DNA from: Octopus sinensis
Taxonomy: Eukaryota
Direction: 5' to 3'
Length of the DNA stretch: 64,000 nucleotides
NCBI RefSeq assembly: GCF_006345805.1
Contig: NC_043008.1
Coordinates: 32,054,001 to 32,118,000 of the forward strand
The position numbers and the translations under genes are program-made. The notes beneath the pieces are model-generated. The model searched no databases. It was not told the DNA's origin and worked only from the letters and a program-made list of their open reading frames with translations. Below are positions 61,400 through 64,000 of this stretch, piece by piece (the first letter of the stretch is position 1; each line of letters opens with the position of its first letter).

Positions 61400-62640
61400 T
61401 GTATACTCTTTTACTCTCTTTTACTTGTTTCAGTCATTTGACTATGGTCATGCTGGAGCACCGCCTTTAGTCGAGCAAATCGACCCCCAGGACTTATTTT
61501 TTGGAAGCCTAGTACTTATTCTATCGGTCTCTTTTGCCGAACCGCTAAGTTACGGGGACGTAAACATACCAGCATCGGTTGTCAAATGATGCTGGGGGGA
61601 CATATACATACACACACATACATATACGAAGGGCTTCTTTCAGTTTCCGTCTATCAAATCCACTCACAAGGCTTTGGTCGGCCCGAGGCTATAGTAGAAG
61701 ACACTTGCCCAAGGTGTCACACAGTGGGACTGAACCCGGAACCATGTGGTTGGTAAGCAAGCTACTTACCATACAGCCACTCCTGCGCCTAAAAAAAGAA
61801 TAATGAAATCTGTAATCATAAAATATTGGTTTCAAATTTTGACACAAGGCCACTAATTTTGGGGTGTGGAGCTACTTGAGTACATGGAAAACAGTGTTTG
61901 ACTGGTATTTATCTTATTGATCCTGAAAGGCTGAGTTACATTGGTGAAACTTGAACTCAAAACATAAAGACGGACCCCTAAGCATTTTGCCAGATATGCT
62001 AACAATTCTGCCAGATCAATGCCGGATTTATATTTTTCAACACTATTTTCATTCAATCACAACTGATGCTCAAAAGCAATTACATGAAAGACAGTGGCAG
62101 GCAGTGGATGCCTGGGTCTGAGGTAGGCCTGCGTTGCCAGATGCTGCCATAGTTATCATACATGCAGCTGCCCAACGTCTAAAAATTGATTTTTTATTTA
62201 TTTTTTTGTGGTCATAGGTTGTAAGTCGAGGAGAAGGTGGCTACACACACACGTGTGTGTGTATATATATCCACACACACACATGTATGTAATATATTAT
62301 TTTATCTTTTACTTGTTTTAGTCATTAGACTGGCCATGCTGGAGCACTGCCTTGAATTTTAGTCAAACTAATCAACCCCAGTACTTATTTTATTTTTAAG
62401 CATGGTATAATACTGGTCCCTTTTACCGAACTACTAAGTTACGGATATATAAACACACCAACACTGGTTGTCAAGTGGTGGTGAGGTACACACATACACA
62501 CGACGAGCTTCTCACAGTTTCCATCTACCAAATCCACTCAGAGGCTGTAGTGGAAGGCACTTTGCTCAAGGTACCATGCAGTGGGAGTGAACCCAGAAGT
62601 AACTGGTAAACAAACTTCTTTACAGCCATACCTGTGCCTG
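61400..62640. mobile_element. cluster of SINE copies
   Basis: cagtcatttgactatggtcatgctggagcaccgcc..ccgaaccgctaagttacgggga..ccactcacaaggctttggtc.. occurs twice (61400-61790, 62290-62640), with a reverse-oriented SINE at 61810-62030. Confidence 0.75.
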
Positions 62641-62785
62641 TGTATATACATAAATGTATGTATAAATATGTATGTGTATATACATATATGTATGTATATT
62701 ACATTCATATATGTATGTACATACATGTATATATGCATATATGTGTGTGCATATATATATGTGTGTGTGTGTATATATATATATA

Positions 62786-63620
62786 CTGGCAGAGATACCT
62801 GGCGTTGCTCGGGTTTAAAATGGCATGGTTTGTATATAATATATTACAGTTATGTTGAAACTGGTGATATGGGAAAGTGCAGCATTGACAACAAAACATT
62901 TGTGGAGTAAATGATGGGCTAATTCATCTAGGCAGCATGCTATGCGTCCATTTAGAGTATTTCAGGCCCTAACCTGTGGGGATTATGTGATTTTTTTAAC
63001 ACATCGAGAAGCTGTCAATGGATATACACTCTTTTGCAGCAATCGGTGCTGTATCTAACACAGTCCATCATCTGAAATGTTGACACGTCCTTCTATTTGT
63101 TGTCCTACAGTTCCTCCAAATAAATTTGGAGGAACTGTTGTTGTTCATCTGTGGGTAACGGAACCAATGAGGTGATAGACTTGCCCTTGAACTTTGCCGT
63201 CGGAGTAAATTTATGTTTATCTATCTTCTTAGATGCACCAAACGATGTCATTTGCAGAGTTGTATTGTCTGATATTGTTCAGAAAATCTTTTGCCTGGAT
63301 GGAAATTCCTTCTAGAAGATCCATAAGAGGTTGAGAAGGAGTTGGTAGTACTGATAATGTTACCTGACCGTCTGAGCAGCACATACTATTTGTTTCATTG
63401 GAAAATTTTGAAGGTCTACAGAAAAGACAATTTGTACTTAGCACACCAATTTGGATAGAATTATTATTTCTATAAGTATGGGATAGATCATATCTGAAAA
63501 CAGCTTCAGGAGTTGTGAAGAATGAATTTGTACGTAGTCTGTTTCTGAGAGCTATTCTATTGGAACTCTGTCTATCATTAAAACATTGATTTAATAATCC
63601 AGCATTAAGTGCTGCAACAT
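62786..63620 (-). mobile_element. Helitron deletion derivative: RepHel N-terminal coding remnant joined to the 3' terminus
   Basis: The reverse strand encodes IQIG..CLFC..KFSNETNSMCCSDGQV.L..P..PL..LL...KDFLNNIRQYNSA/FQMTSFGA..KVQGQVYHLIGS. The 3' motif cccgagcaacgccaggtatctctgCCAG|T is at 62786. Confidence 0.85.
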
Positions 63621-64000
63621 GCGTTTGCTGATCTTGAGAAAATCTCGTCTAGCTTCTGTCTTCAGACTCTTGCCTTCAGTTTTCTACAATCCTCCTTGCT
63701 TTATACTTGTTTCTGGAAAGATTACATCTTTTCTTTGGTGGTATATTTTTTCCAATATTGTAAACAAAAAATTATGAACACAGAAAGAAATTATACATTA
63801 ATCCCTAGCTGTGTAAGCAGTTCTATCCGTAAAAATTTATTTGAAGAGAGCAGAAATTGAAAGAAGAGAAATTAAAAAGAACAGAGAAAGAAAGTGAAAG
63901 ATGTATGTACGTCTATATGAAATGGACGTGTGTGTGTGCGTGCGCGTGTATGTGAGAGAGAAAGAGAGATAGAGTGAGTGAGTGAAGATGTGTGTCGTAA

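Overview
Eukaryotic, AT-rich, repeat-dense genomic DNA. It is most likely an octopus or other cephalopod, inferred from the repeat landscape (RTE LINE tails ending in (ATG)n, tRNA-headed SINEs ending in (TAA)n, (TA)n/(CA)n microsatellites); this was not database-checked. One protein-coding gene is well supported: a + strand UBAP1 (ESCRT-I subunit) orthologue with 7 coding exons (29867-29900, 32300-32373, 33008-33064, 34977-36122, 53012-53251, 55710-55811, 59244-59369). All junctions are GT-AG and phase-compatible, giving 1779 nt = 592 aa with an N-terminal UMA domain and a C-terminal SOUBA (3xUBA) region. The rest is decayed mobile DNA: CR1-like and RTE LINEs, Tc1 (DD36E), mariner (DD34D x2, a maT-like remnant, MITEs, a fold-back), piggyBac (a deletion derivative and nested MITEs), Helitrons and many SINEs. 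No rRNA, intact tRNA or CRISPR array was found. Best leads: (1) the large exon 4 of UBAP1 encodes 7 Tyr-x-Asn motifs among 11 tyrosines plus SH3-ligand motifs, resembling a Grb2-type multisite docking module fused into an ESCRT-I subunit; (2) UBAP1 introns hold many dsRNA-forming structures, including a 46-bp hairpin with a UAG adenosine opposite a C (ADAR or pre-miRNA candidate) and inverted RTE tails flanking exons; (3) the RTE ORF2 carries a PHD-type finger inside the RT region; (4) fold-back palindromes recur across the window. Repeat boundaries are approximate unless TIR/TSD coordinates are stated.
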